A stretch of 64,000 bases of DNA from Dehalococcoidia bacterium (GTDB taxonomy: Bacteria; Chloroflexota; Dehalococcoidia; Lucifugimonadales; CBDCYU01): positions 1,993,748 through 2,057,747 of the forward strand of contig CBDCYU010000003.1 of assembly GCA_965224345.1 (NCBI GenBank). The letters run 5' to 3'. A program made the position numbers and the translations under genes. Of the stretch, positions 47,145-57,469 are shown piece by piece. Each line of letters begins with the position of its first letter. The first letter of the stretch is position 1. A model generated the notes under the pieces. It did not search any database. It saw only the letters and a program-made list of their open reading frames with translations, and was not told the DNA's origin.

Positions 47145-48152
47145 ATGACTACGACCACCTTCGCCTTGAAGTACGTTGACAACGTCGGCTTCGCCGCCGA
47201 CCAGGGAGGGCGCGGCTTCCTGATGCCCACGGCCATGGTGCCGAGGGGCGACGGGAGGATCTTCGTCGCCAGCCGCAGCAACAATACGGCGCGCACCATC
47301 GTCGGCATCCAGGCGGTAACCCGCCGCCACGACTTCTTCGGACAGATCGGGGGCTACGGCAGCGACCCCGGCCAGATGATATGGCCGTCGGCTCTGGCCC
47401 TGGACAGCGAGGACAACCTGTACCTGGCCGACGACTTCCTGGACCGGATCACCGTGTACGATGGGGAGGGCGAGGTCGTCTCGACCTGGGGCGCCAAGGG
47501 TTCGGGCGACGGCCAGATCGACGGCCCATCGGGCCTCCTCTTCGACAGCGAAGACAACCTGTTGGTGGTGGACCACAAGAACCACCGTATCCAGAGGTTC
47601 ACCAAAGACGGCAGGTACCTGTCCCAGTGGGGCTCCTTCGGCAGCGGCCCCGGCCAGTTCAACCTACCCTGGGGCATCGCCCAGGACGGGGACGGCAATG
47701 TCTACGTCGCCGACTGGCGCAACGACCGCATCCAGAAGCTCACCCCCGAAGGCGACTTCCTCGCCGCCTTCGGAACGCCCGGCGACGGCGACGGTCAGCT
47801 CAATAGACCGTCCGGCGTAGGCGTCGACTCGGAAGGCAACGTCTACGTCGCCGACTGGGGCAACCAGCGCGTGCAGGTGCTGGACCCGGAGGGCGTTTTC
47901 CTTCAGAAGCTGAGGGGCGAGGCGACGCTCAACCCCTGGGCGCTGGAGTACCTGGACGCCCAGGCGGACGAGAACGAAGCCCGCGCCACCTTCGTTCCAG
48001 TCTACGACGTCGACACCGCCGATCCCAACGAGACCTCGGCGCGAATCGAGCCCTACTTCTGGGACCCGGTGAGCGTCGTCCTGGATGACGAGGACAGGCT
48101 CTATGTCCTGGAGGTGTGCAGGCACCGCTTCCAGATCTACGAGAGAGCGTGA
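47145..48152 (+). CDS. NHL-repeat beta-propeller protein
   Basis: Six units of the type G.G.GQ...P.G...D..GN.YVAD..N.RIQ. Confidence 0.85.
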   Translation: MTTTTFALKYVDNVGFAADQGGRGFLMPTAMVPRGDGRIFVASRSNNTARTIVGIQAVTRRHDFFGQIGGYGSDPGQMIWPSALALDSEDNLYLADDFLDRITVYDGEGEVVSTWGAKGSGDGQIDGPSGLLFDSEDNLLVVDHKNHRIQRFTKDGRYLSQWGSFGSGPGQFNLPWGIAQDGDGNVYVADWRNDRIQKLTPEGDFLAAFGTPGDGDGQLNRPSGVGVDSEGNVYVADWGNQRVQVLDPEGVFLQKLRGEATLNPWALEYLDAQADENEARATFVPVYDVDTADPNETSARIEPYFWDPVSVVLDDEDRLYVLEVCRHRFQIYERA

Positions 48153-48205
48153 GGCCGCAGAAGGCTCTCTCGGCTGGAACATCCAGGCAAAGGAAAAGGA
48201 AACCC

Positions 48206-48646
48206 ATGGGCGTCTTCAGTGTACGAATCGAAGTGGGCAGTCCGATCGATCCAGTCTTTTCCGAGATGGATCTGCTGGTGGATGCCGGCGCTGATTTCTC
48301 CATGCTGCCTACTTCCCTATTGGAGGGCGCCCTGGGACTGTCGCCGACAGAAGGAGACAGGGAGACTTTCGAGCTTGCTGATGGGAGTAAGCGTGAATAC
48401 AGCATCGGGGAAGTGCGCTTTAGGTATGGAGACAGGGAGCGAACCACCCCCGTGGTATTCGGGCCGGAGAATGTCTACATCCTGGGGGCGGTTTCCCTAC
48501 AGAGCTTGGGGCTGATCGCGGACACTACGCGCCACACGCTTATCCCTTCTCCGAGATTCCACCTTGGGTTTCAGACCATCGTGAGAGTCGGCGGGAATAG
48601 CCTCATAAGGACTGGCTCCCGCGCAATTGGACACATATTCTCATAG
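48206..48646 (+). CDS. Retropepsin-like (clan AA) aspartic protease, 146 aa
   Basis: LLVDAGADFSMLP (D-A-G-A active-site loop), then ILGAVSLQSLGLIAD flap/dimer motif. Confidence 0.6.
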   Translation: MGVFSVRIEVGSPIDPVFSEMDLLVDAGADFSMLPTSLLEGALGLSPTEGDRETFELADGSKREYSIGEVRFRYGDRERTTPVVFGPENVYILGAVSLQSLGLIADTTRHTLIPSPRFHLGFQTIVRVGGNSLIRTGSRAIGHIFS

Positions 48647-48655
48647 GAGAAGCAA

Positions 48656-49789
48656 ATGGACGCTAACACAGAGGGCAAGAAACTCGTCGTCGTGCAGCTT
48701 TCGGGCGGGAACGACTACCTGAACTGCATCGTCCCGTACGACGACCCCCGCTACGTGGACAGCCGCCCCAACGTGCGCATCACGGGGGACAGGGTGATAC
48801 CCCTTGACGGGGGATACGGCCTCAACCCGGGCATGCAGCCGATCAAAGAACTGTACGACGCGGGCAAGGTCGCCGTCATCCACGGCGTCGGCTATCCGGA
48901 GCCCAACCGCTCCCACTTCCGCTCGATGGACATCTGGCACACGGCGGAGCCCTCCAAGCTGGGAGCCGAGGGCTGGCTCGGCAACGCCGTGAACCAGATG
49001 CACCCCAAGGGAGACAACGTCGTGGCGGCGGTCAACTTCGGGGCGGCCCTGCCGCGGGCCCTCGTCGCCAAGGGAGCCCCCGTGGCGTCCGTGACCGACC
49101 TGGAGGACTACGGGCTCATGACCTACAAGGACGCCCAGGACCAGCGCGACGAGGCCCTGGGCGTGTTCAGGGACATGTACACGCAGGCCATCGGCAGCGG
49201 CCCGGTGATGGACTTCCTAAGCCAGACAGGCCTGGCCGCTCTCAGGGGGGCCGACATCCTCGGCACCGTGCCGGGCAAGTACTCCTCCACGGTGGAGTAC
49301 GCCTCGAACTCCTTCGCCGAGAGCATGAAGGGAGCCGCCCAGGTGCTGCAGGCAGACGTCGGCACCCGCATCTGCTACACCTCCCACGGCAGCTTCGACG
49401 CCCACACCAACGGCATCGCCCTCCAGGAGGGCCTCCTCCGAGACGTGTCCGGCGGCATCCACGACTTCTACTCGGACATGAGGGAGCACGGCGAGAGCGA
49501 CGACGTGCTCATCTTCGTCTTCTCCGAGTTCGGGCGGCGGGTGAGGGACAACGGCAACGGCACGGACCACGGCTCCGGCGGCGTGGCCTTCCTCATCGGC
49601 GACGGGGTGAGGGGCGGACACTACAGCGAGTATCCGTCGCTGGACGCGGACAAGCTGATCGAGGGCGACCTGGCCTTCAACCTGGACTTCCGCGGCCTGT
49701 ACACGGAGATCCTCGAAGACTGGATGCGCCTCGACGCCAAGCCGATCGTTCAGGGAGAGTACGACAAGGTCGGCTTCCTGAGGAACTGA
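48656..49789 (+). CDS. DUF1501 protein, no Tat signal (paralogue of 21024..22175)
   Basis: KKLVVVQLSGGNDYLNCIVPY...GVGYPEPNRSHFRSMDIWHT...GTDHGSGG. Confidence 0.85.
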   Translation: MDANTEGKKLVVVQLSGGNDYLNCIVPYDDPRYVDSRPNVRITGDRVIPLDGGYGLNPGMQPIKELYDAGKVAVIHGVGYPEPNRSHFRSMDIWHTAEPSKLGAEGWLGNAVNQMHPKGDNVVAAVNFGAALPRALVAKGAPVASVTDLEDYGLMTYKDAQDQRDEALGVFRDMYTQAIGSGPVMDFLSQTGLAALRGADILGTVPGKYSSTVEYASNSFAESMKGAAQVLQADVGTRICYTSHGSFDAHTNGIALQEGLLRDVSGGIHDFYSDMREHGESDDVLIFVFSEFGRRVRDNGNGTDHGSGGVAFLIGDGVRGGHYSEYPSLDADKLIEGDLAFNLDFRGLYTEILEDWMRLDAKPIVQGEYDKVGFLRN

Positions 49790-49891
49790 GCCCGGTTCCT
49801 CGGACTAGTACCAGCTCAGCACCTTCTCCGCAAAGTCGATCCTATCGAGCGCGCCGGGGTCGATGTCCGATACGGGGAGGACCCTCCACGT

Positions 49892-51214
49892 CTATGTGGC
49901 GAGGTCCAGCACCTCGAGGGTCGCGTCCCCCGACTCGTGGCGGGCGATGGCTGCGATACGGGCGTCGTTGGGTCCCCACTCCATCGCCAATATCTCGCCG
50001 TTGGATGGGACGGTCTGGAAGGGCCGGTCCAGTGCGATCCGGCCCTCCTCGGTTAAGCCGTAGACCCTGAGCACACTGATGCCCTGACCGGCCGGCTCCG
50101 TTGCCACCACCAGCTTCGAGCCCCTGGGTGAGAGGGACATGAGGGCGGGAGCCCTACCCGGTGTCCCAAGCAAGCCGACCTCAGACAGGGCTTGGGCGTC
50201 AAACAGCTGGACCGGATCGGCGCCCAGCTCCTTCAGGAAGAAGCCCGTTACGGCGCGGTTGCCTGCCTGATCGGGCTGAGTGGTGGAGAAGTAGTACACC
50301 GCATCGCCGGACGCGGTCCAGGCTGCGACGACGCGGCTCTTCGAGACGACGTCTTCGACTCCCGTGGCCAGGTCGACCACCCCGGCGGTGTCCCATGACA
50401 CCAGGAACTTGCTCCCGTCGGGGGACCATCGCAGGGCCTCCGGCAGTGAGAAGTTGCCTGGTCCGTACTCGGGGTCCGCCTCCGCATCCCAGAAGTCGAA
50501 GGGCCCGTGGCGGGACAGGACCTTGTCGGTCTCTGCGTCGACCACGACGACGTAGCTGATCCGGGAGCCGTGCCCGCACCACTGCACCTCTATCAAGGCG
50601 ATGCGAGAGCCATCGGGCGACCACTCGGGCCACGCGTAGATGGGACGGAACTCGTAGGTGGAGTTGAAGACGGTCCGCTCCTCTCCCTCCAGCGTGGCGA
50701 CGTTCAGCGAGGAGCCGCCAGGCGTCAGGTAGGCGAACTTGGAGCCGTCGGGTGACCATCGGGCTCCCAGGGCGGGCACAACGGTGCCGAGGCTCGCGCC
50801 GTCGGCATCCACGCCTCGCGTTGCCACTATCTGCCCCCAGTCGGTCCGCACCAGGCCGTGGTAGAGGATGGGCCGCTCCGGAAGGGCCGGCCCCGTGAGG
50901 ACGGCGACAGGCGGCGGCGCGAGAGTGGCGGTCGGTGGCGGCGAAGGCTGGGGCATGGCGGCAGGCGGCGACGGCGGAGGTACGGGCGTGACAGTCGGCG
51001 ATGCGGGTGGGGGAACAGGGGCGGCGATGGGAGGTGAGGGCGAGGGCTCGGAGGTTGCGACCGGTGGCCGAGGCGAGGCCGTAGGCTCCGGCGTTCCCCT
51101 ATGGCATGCGGTGAGCAACGCCCCCGGAATAATGCAGACGAGGAGGAGCAGACCGACGGCCATTCCTCTACGGATGTCCGCCCTCAGGTCATCCCGCATG
51201 TCAACGGAGCCCAC
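49892..51214 (-). CDS. Lipoprotein with Pro-rich linker and TolB/PD40-type beta-propeller
   Basis: Lipobox LLTAC. About 70 aa of Pro-rich repeats. Repeated WSPDGSK/R motifs. Start codon uncertain. Confidence 0.7.
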   Translation of the reverse strand: MGSVDMRDDLRADIRRGMAVGLLLLVCIIPGALLTACHRGTPEPTASPRPPVATSEPSPSPPIAAPVPPPASPTVTPVPPPSPPAAMPQPSPPPTATLAPPPVAVLTGPALPERPILYHGLVRTDWGQIVATRGVDADGASLGTVVPALGARWSPDGSKFAYLTPGGSSLNVATLEGEERTVFNSTYEFRPIYAWPEWSPDGSRIALIEVQWCGHGSRISYVVVVDAETDKVLSRHGPFDFWDAEADPEYGPGNFSLPEALRWSPDGSKFLVSWDTAGVVDLATGVEDVVSKSRVVAAWTASGDAVYYFSTTQPDQAGNRAVTGFFLKELGADPVQLFDAQALSEVGLLGTPGRAPALMSLSPRGSKLVVATEPAGQGISVLRVYGLTEEGRIALDRPFQTVPSNGEILAMEWGPNDARIAAIARHESGDATLEVLDLAT

Positions 51215-51232
51215 TTTGCCCGCCGGCCCGTT

Positions 51233-52375
51233 TCAACCCACGAGGTGGTGCTTCAGGGCGTCCTCGTCCAGCTCCACGCCGAGACCGGGACCCTCCGGCG
51301 GCGTGATGTAGCCGTTCTCGAACAGGATCGGCTCCTTGAAGATCATCTTATGAAGGGGCCCCTGGTTCGCCTCCTGGATGAGGAAGTTTGGCGAGCAAGT
51401 GTCCACCTGTATCGCCGCGGCGGCGGCGATGGGCCCGCAGGCCATGTGCGGCGCGATCACCGCGTAGTGCGCCTCCGCAATGGCCGCGATCTTCTTCGCC
51501 TCCAGGATGCCGCCGCACTGTCCGACGTCCAGCTGTATGATCTGGGCCGCCTGCTTCTCCAGCACCTCGGCGAACTCGTACTTGGTAACCAGCCTCTCGC
51601 CGGTGGCTATGGGGATGCTGGTATGGGCAGCCACCCTGGCCATCTCATCGACGTTCTCCGGCGGCACCGGCTCCTCGAACCAGAAGGGGGAGTACTCCTC
51701 CAGGCGCCTGGCGACGCGGATGGCGCTGTAGGTGGTCAGCTGGCCGTGGGTGCCGATCCCGACCTCCAGCTCGTTGCCGACGGCGTCGCGGATGCTCTCG
51801 AAGATCTTCGCCGCGTGGGCGATCTCCGACAGGGGTATGTCGCGGGGTATCGGGTACAGGGGCATGAAGGGGTCTAGCTTGCAGGCCGAGTTGCCCTCCG
51901 CCAGCAGCTGGGCCGCGATCTCCCCAGCCCGCTCAGGATGCTCCCTGAACCCGCCCTCGGGCATGTAGGCGTAGGCCCTGAGCTTGTCATGGTACCTGCC
52001 TCCCAGGAGGTTGTAGATGGGCTGGCCCGCCACCTTGCCCGCAATGTCCCAGCAGGCGATCTCGATGGCGCTCAACGCCGGGGTGAAGTGGAGGCTCGGG
52101 TGGCGGAAGTCATGCTTGGAGCCGAAGGCCTTCTGCCACATCTTCTCGATGTTGATGGGGTTCTCGCCAACGACGAACTGGCGTCCGATCTCCTCGATGA
52201 GGTTGATCTGCGACTTCAAGTCGTCGAGATTGGAAGAGTATGTGTTGCCGGTGATTCGCTCGCCAAGGCCCGTGATCCCCTCGTCTGTCATGACCTCCAC
52301 AAAGAGCAGGTATCTGCCTCCCCTGTAGGGCGGCTCGTTCTCAACTACCATGGTCCGCAGGTCAACTACCTTCAA
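51233..52375 (-). CDS. Enolase-superfamily dehydratase, D-galactonate dehydratase-like (paralogue)
   Basis: TTG start after GAGGAGGG SD gives MKVVDLRTMVVENEPPYRGGRYLLFVEVMTDEGITGLGE, collinear with 39609..40727. Confidence 0.82.
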   Translation of the reverse strand: MKVVDLRTMVVENEPPYRGGRYLLFVEVMTDEGITGLGERITGNTYSSNLDDLKSQINLIEEIGRQFVVGENPINIEKMWQKAFGSKHDFRHPSLHFTPALSAIEIACWDIAGKVAGQPIYNLLGGRYHDKLRAYAYMPEGGFREHPERAGEIAAQLLAEGNSACKLDPFMPLYPIPRDIPLSEIAHAAKIFESIRDAVGNELEVGIGTHGQLTTYSAIRVARRLEEYSPFWFEEPVPPENVDEMARVAAHTSIPIATGERLVTKYEFAEVLEKQAAQIIQLDVGQCGGILEAKKIAAIAEAHYAVIAPHMACGPIAAAAAIQVDTCSPNFLIQEANQGPLHKMIFKEPILFENGYITPPEGPGLGVELDEDALKHHLVG

Positions 52376-52524
52376 CTTGCCCTCCTCGACGTGTCGTCCG
52401 CTCCAGGGAGAAGAAGCGCTCGGCTCCCTTCGACGGCGATTATCGCACGAATCAAGAGGTGGCGTGCCAGCCCCTTCCAACTGTTATGATAACCTGTACA
52501 AGACTGTCTCAGAGGTGCGACCAG

Positions 52525-53541
52525 ATGAACGAGCAAAACGTCAATCAACGGGTCGCCCTGGCCGCGCGGCCGGTGGGCTATCCCAAGGAGTCGGACTTCT
52601 CCATCGTAGAGGAACCGATACCCGAGGTCCGGGATGGGCAGGTGCTGGTAAGGACACTCTGGCTATCCCTGGACCCCTACGAGCGCGGCCGGATGAACGA
52701 GGCCCAGACCTACGCGTCCTCCGTACCCATCGGAGGAACGATGGTTGGAGGCACGGTCGGCAGGGTTGTGTCCAGCAGAAGGGACGACCTGCCGGTTGGC
52801 GAGTACGTCGAGGGGTCCCTGGGCTGGCAGGCCTACGCCGTATCGGAAGGCCACAACCTCAGGAGGGTGGACCACGGCGTAGCTCCCATCTCGACGGCAC
52901 TGGGGGTCCTGGGCATGCCGGGGCTCACCGCCTATTTCGGCCTCTTCGAAGTGGGATGCCCGGAGCCGGGCGACACGGTCGTAGTATCCGCCGCGTCGGG
53001 CGCCGTGGGCGCAGTAGTCGGCCAGCTGGCCAAGATAGCCGGTTGCCGCGTGGTGGGCATCGCCGGGACCCAGCAGAAGATCGACTACATAGTCGACGAG
53101 CTGGGCTTCGACAGCGGAGTCAGCTACAAGGGTCCCGGCTTTCGCGGCGACCTAGCCGCAGCCTGCCCCGAGGGGGTCGACGTATACTTCGATAACGTCG
53201 GCGGCGACGTTACGGACGCCGTCATCGACCTGATGGCGGACCGGGGCCGCGTGGCGTTGTGCGGACAGATATCCCAGTACAACCTGGCGGAGCCGGAGAT
53301 GGGTCCCAGGAACCTGCGCTCCCTGGTCGGGAAGCAGGTGAGGATCGAGGGCTTCCTCGTGTACCAGTTCGCCGGCAGGGCGGAGGCGGCGCGCCTCCGG
53401 CTCACCCGGTGGCTCCTGGACGGCAGGCTGAAGTACCGCGAGGACGTCGTCGAAGGGCTGACCAACGCCCCCAGGGCGCTCATCGGAATGATGCACGGAG
53501 GGAACTTCGGCAAGCTCCTGGTCAAGGTATCGGAGGAGTAG
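52525..53541 (+). CDS. MDR-family NADP-dependent oxidoreductase (YncB/PTGR1-like)
   Basis: LAARPVGYPKESDF...LSLDPYERGRMN, AASGAVGAVVGQLAK. ATG 52525 after AGAGGTG. Confidence 0.85.
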   Translation: MNEQNVNQRVALAARPVGYPKESDFSIVEEPIPEVRDGQVLVRTLWLSLDPYERGRMNEAQTYASSVPIGGTMVGGTVGRVVSSRRDDLPVGEYVEGSLGWQAYAVSEGHNLRRVDHGVAPISTALGVLGMPGLTAYFGLFEVGCPEPGDTVVVSAASGAVGAVVGQLAKIAGCRVVGIAGTQQKIDYIVDELGFDSGVSYKGPGFRGDLAAACPEGVDVYFDNVGGDVTDAVIDLMADRGRVALCGQISQYNLAEPEMGPRNLRSLVGKQVRIEGFLVYQFAGRAEAARLRLTRWLLDGRLKYREDVVEGLTNAPRALIGMMHGGNFGKLLVKVSEE

Positions 53542-53599
53542 CCAAAGCCACTCCGGCTCCATCACACCCACCCCAGCCCTCTCCCATCAAGGAGGAACC

Positions 53600-54097
53600 G
53601 TGGCCGAACTCTACGGCGGCGTCGAGGCCGGCGGCACTCACTTCGTGTGCGCGACGGGCGCCGGGCCGGACGATGTGCGGACGGAGGCCGTCTTCCCGAC
53701 CACCACGCCGGCCGAGACGACGGCCCGGGTCGTTGACTTCCTTCTGTCGGGAGAGCGGGTTGCGGCCGTGGGCATCGGCTCCTTCGGACCGGTGGACCTG
53801 GACCGGTCCTCCGCCGGCTACGGCCGGATCACCTCCACCCCGAAGCCCGGGTGGAGCAACACCGACATCGTCGGCGCAGTCCGCGAGTCGATTCAGGTCC
53901 CCGTGGGATTCGACACGGACGTGAACGCGGCGGCCCTATCCGAGCACCTGTGGGGCGCCGCCTTCGAAAGAGCCGGCGTTGGCTCCAACGTCAGTATACT
54001 TACGATTCCTCACATAGGTTGGTTCGTGGTGGGAGGGTGCTTCATGGCGATGACCGTGCTGCAGCTCATCCCCCGCTTGAACAGGTCCAAAGGCTAG
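53600..54097 (+). pseudogene. ROK-family fructokinase-like gene truncated after about 119 codons
   Basis: YGGVEAGGTHFVCA...GIGSFGPVDL...GFDTDVNAAALSEHLWGAA is a ROK N-terminal half. From about 53957 the ORF runs into unrelated, lower-GC sequence. Confidence 0.65.
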
Positions 54098-54161
54098 ATG
54101 CGAGACCGACGACACTCCTGCCGGCCAGTTAGGGAGGACGCTTACGCCGGATATCAACAAC

Positions 54162-57100
54162 ATGAATGGAGAGAAAATGATCAGTACACGAGCGACAAGA
54201 TACGGGACCCTGTTGAGCGTCGTCCTTGCGCTGGCCCTTATGATGGCCCTCGCGGCCTGCGAGACGGCGACCCCGGATGGGACTCCCGGCTCGCTCCTCG
54301 AGCGAGAAGCGACGCAGGAGGCCGGACCCTCGGCAACCGACCCAACCCCAACCCCCTCGCTCCTCGAGCGGGCAGCTGAGCGAGAAGCGACCCCGGAGGC
54401 CGGACCCTCGGCAACCGACCCAACCCCGACATCGGCAGCCGACCCAACCATAACCGTGGATGAAGCCGCCGAACTCGACCGCGCCGCCCTGGTCGCCCTC
54501 TACGAAGCCACCGGCGGCGACGGCTGGACCGACAACGCTAACTGGCTCAGCGACTCCCCCATCGGCCAGTGGAGCGGCGTGACCGTCCACGCCACCGGGC
54601 GGGTCGCCGCCCTGGCCCTTACCGGCAACAACCTCGTTGGGACCGTGCCCCCGGAGCTCGGCTCCCTGACCGCCTTGGCCCAGATCGACCTGGGCGGGAA
54701 CCGGCTGGACGGCTGCCTGCCAGCCAACCTGCGAGGCCAACTGAACATCCCCGGTTCGGACCTGGCCGGGCTGCCCTTCTGCGCCGGCGACCGCGACGCC
54801 CTGGTCGCCCTCTACGAAGCCACCGGCGGCGATAGCTGGACCGACAACGACGGCTGGCTCAGCGACTCCCCCATCGGCCAGTGGTACGGCGTGACCGCCG
54901 ACGACTCCGGGCAGGTCACCGCCCTGGGCCTCAACGACAACAACCTCGTCGGGACCGTGCCCCCGGATCTCAGCGCCCTGACCGCCCTGATCCTGCTGGA
55001 CCTGGGCGGGAACCGGCTGGACGGCTGCGTGCCGGTCGATCTGTATGCTCGAGACCAACTGGACGTCCGCCCGCTTGGGCGCGCCCCCAACCCGCCTCTG
55101 GCGCAGACCTCGGCGGCGACCGACAAGGACGCGCTTCTGGCCATCTTCAACGCCACCGACGACCCCAGCTGGGACGACAGCGGCACCTGGGCTGGCCGCG
55201 CCCCCATAGGGGAGTGGGAGGGCGTAACCACCGACGAGGCCGGCCGCGTCGTCCAGCTCATCGTCATCTTGGGCGGAGCGGAGATTCCGCCCGAGGTCGG
55301 CCACCTCACCGGCCTGACGACCCTGATGCTGGGCGGCGTGAGCGGGGAGATTCCCCCGGAGTTGGGCTATCTCGAAAACCTGACGACCCTGGCGCTGGGC
55401 GGCGTGAGCGGGGAGATTCCGCCGGAGTTGGGCAACCTCGGAAACCTGACGACCCTGGCGCTGGGCGGCGTGAGCCGGGAGATTCGGAGTGAACTGGAGA
55501 TTCTGCCGGAACAGAGCAGGTTCTTCTCCTGGGCGGAGCGTGACCTGGCCGGCAACCAGTTGTGCGGAAAGCTGCCGCCCGAGCTGGGCGGCCTTGCCAA
55601 CCTCACCCGACTTTTCCTCGGCGGCAACCAGTTGAGCGGATGGATTCCCCCCGAGCTGGGCAGCGCCGCCCGTCTGCAATATCTGGACCTGAAAGGGAAC
55701 TGGCTGACCGGAGGGTTGCCGCCGGAGCTGGGCAGCCTCGAAAGCCTGCGAGCTCTGAACCTGGCCGACAACCAGTTGACCGGGGAGCTGCCGCCGGAGT
55801 TGGGCAGCCTCGCCAGCCTGGAACAGTTGTACCTCCAGAACAACCAGCTGACCGGGGAGATACCCGCGCGGAGTTGGAAAACCTCGCCTTCACCCTGGGA
55901 TATCTCAGAATCTCCGAGAACCGGCTTGGCGGATGTATATCCGACCTCCTGAGAGACTACGTGTCTTACTCCGGCGGCGAGATTCCGGTATGCACTCCCG
56001 AAGACCATCCCGGCGACACCGAGGCGCTGATTGCCCTGCATACTGCCTGGGGCCAGCCCGCCCTCGGCAACTGGCTGAGCCGGGAGCCCATCGGCGAGTG
56101 GCAAGGCGTTTCCGTAGACGCCACTGGCCGCGTCGCAGCCTTGGACCTGCACAGGCAGAGATTTAGATTGACCGGGAGGCAGGAAGTTGGATTGACCGGG
56201 GAGCTGCCGGCAGAGTTGGGCAACCTTGCCAGCCTGCGAGCTCTGAACCTGGCCGAGAACGACCTGACCGGGGAGCTGCCGGCGGAGTTGGGCAGCCTCG
56301 CCAGCCTGGAACGGTTGTACCTCCAGAACAACCAGTTGACCGGGGAGATACCGCCGGAGTTGGGCAATCTCTCCAACCTGCGGTCACTGGACCTCAACTA
56401 TAACGGGCTGACCGGGGAGATACCGCCGGAACTGGGCCATCTGATGACCAGCGTGAGGTCCAAAATCGACAGAGCAAACATCTGGATAACAGGGGTGAAG
56501 TGGGCCTCTGTCAGCGGCGGGTGGGGACACTCCTGCGGGGTGAAGACCGACGGCTCCGTCGCTTGCTGGGGCAATGACGAACATGGCCAGGCCACGCCGC
56601 CGGCCGGGGAGTTCGCCTCCGTCAGCGCCGGGGCGATCCACACCTGCGGGGTGAAGCGGAACGGCTCCGTTGCCTGCTGGGGCAATGACAACTATGGCCA
56701 CCAAGCCACGCCGCCGGCCGGGGAGTTCGCCTCCGTCAGCGCCGGGGGGTACCACGCCTGCGGGGTGAAGACCGACGGCTCCGTCGCCTGCTGGGGCGAT
56801 AACGAACATGGCAAGGCCACGCCGCCGGCCGGGGAGTTCGCCTCCGTCAGCGCCGGGTGGGCACACTCCTGCGGGGTGAAGCGGGACGGCTCCGTCGCCT
56901 GCTGGGGCGAAGACGGATTTTTTCGCAAGGCCACGCCGCCAGCCGGGGAGTTCGCCTCCGTCAGCGGCGTCGGGCGCGAGCACACCTGCGGGGTGAAGCG
57001 GGACGGCTCCGTCGCCTGCTGGGGCAGTGACCATAATGGCTCGGCCACATCGCCGGGCGGGGAGTTCGCCTCCGTCAGCGCCGGGCTCAGCCACACCTGC

Positions 57101-57295
57101 GGGGTGAAGCGGGACGGTTCCGTCGCCTGCTGGGGCGGTAACAGATATGGCGCGGCCACGTCGCCGGCCGGAGAGTTCGTCTCCGTCAGCGCCGGGGGGA
57201 AACACACCTGCGGGGTGAAGCGGGACGGCTCCGTCGCCTGCTGGGGCAATGACGAATATGGCAAGGCCACGCCGTGGGGAGAGGATGAATCATAG
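54162..57295 (+). pseudogene. LRR-RCC1 fusion lipoprotein gene (about 1040 aa) interrupted by a frameshift near 55862-55872
   Basis: Lipobox LAAC. Four cap+LRR modules (D..ALVALYEATGG..W......WLSD.PIGQW.GVT). After the frame change, seven RCC1-like blades (ASVSAG..H.CGVKRDGSVACWG). Track ORFs 54162..55952 and 55562..57295 join at GEIP|AELENL. Confidence 0.7.
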
Positions 57296-57319
57296 CCGAG
57301 GTACGGAACCCCGCCCCAA

Positions 57320-57343
57320 TCCCCTCCCGTCTACGGGAGGGGA
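57320..57343. repeat. 10-bp-stem GC-rich hairpin inside the insertion that ends the LRR-RCC1 ORF
   Basis: TCCCCTCCCG tcta CGGGAGGGGA. Confidence 0.8.
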
Positions 57344-57364
57344 CGCGCGCGAGCGCAGCGATGC

Positions 57365-57439
57365 GCGGGGTATTACCACAGCTGCGGGGTGAAGCGGGAC
57401 AGCTCCATCGCCTGCTGGGGCTCGGGATTCCAATACTAG
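57365..57439 (+). pseudogene. Orphaned terminal RCC1 blade, in frame with the upstream ORF beyond its stop
   Basis: AGYYHSCGVKRDSSIACWGSGFQY* is read in the same frame as 55562..57295, 69 nt after its TAG. Confidence 0.6.
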
Positions 57440-57469
57440 CCTCAGGGCTGCCGCAAGCGGACTGGGAGC

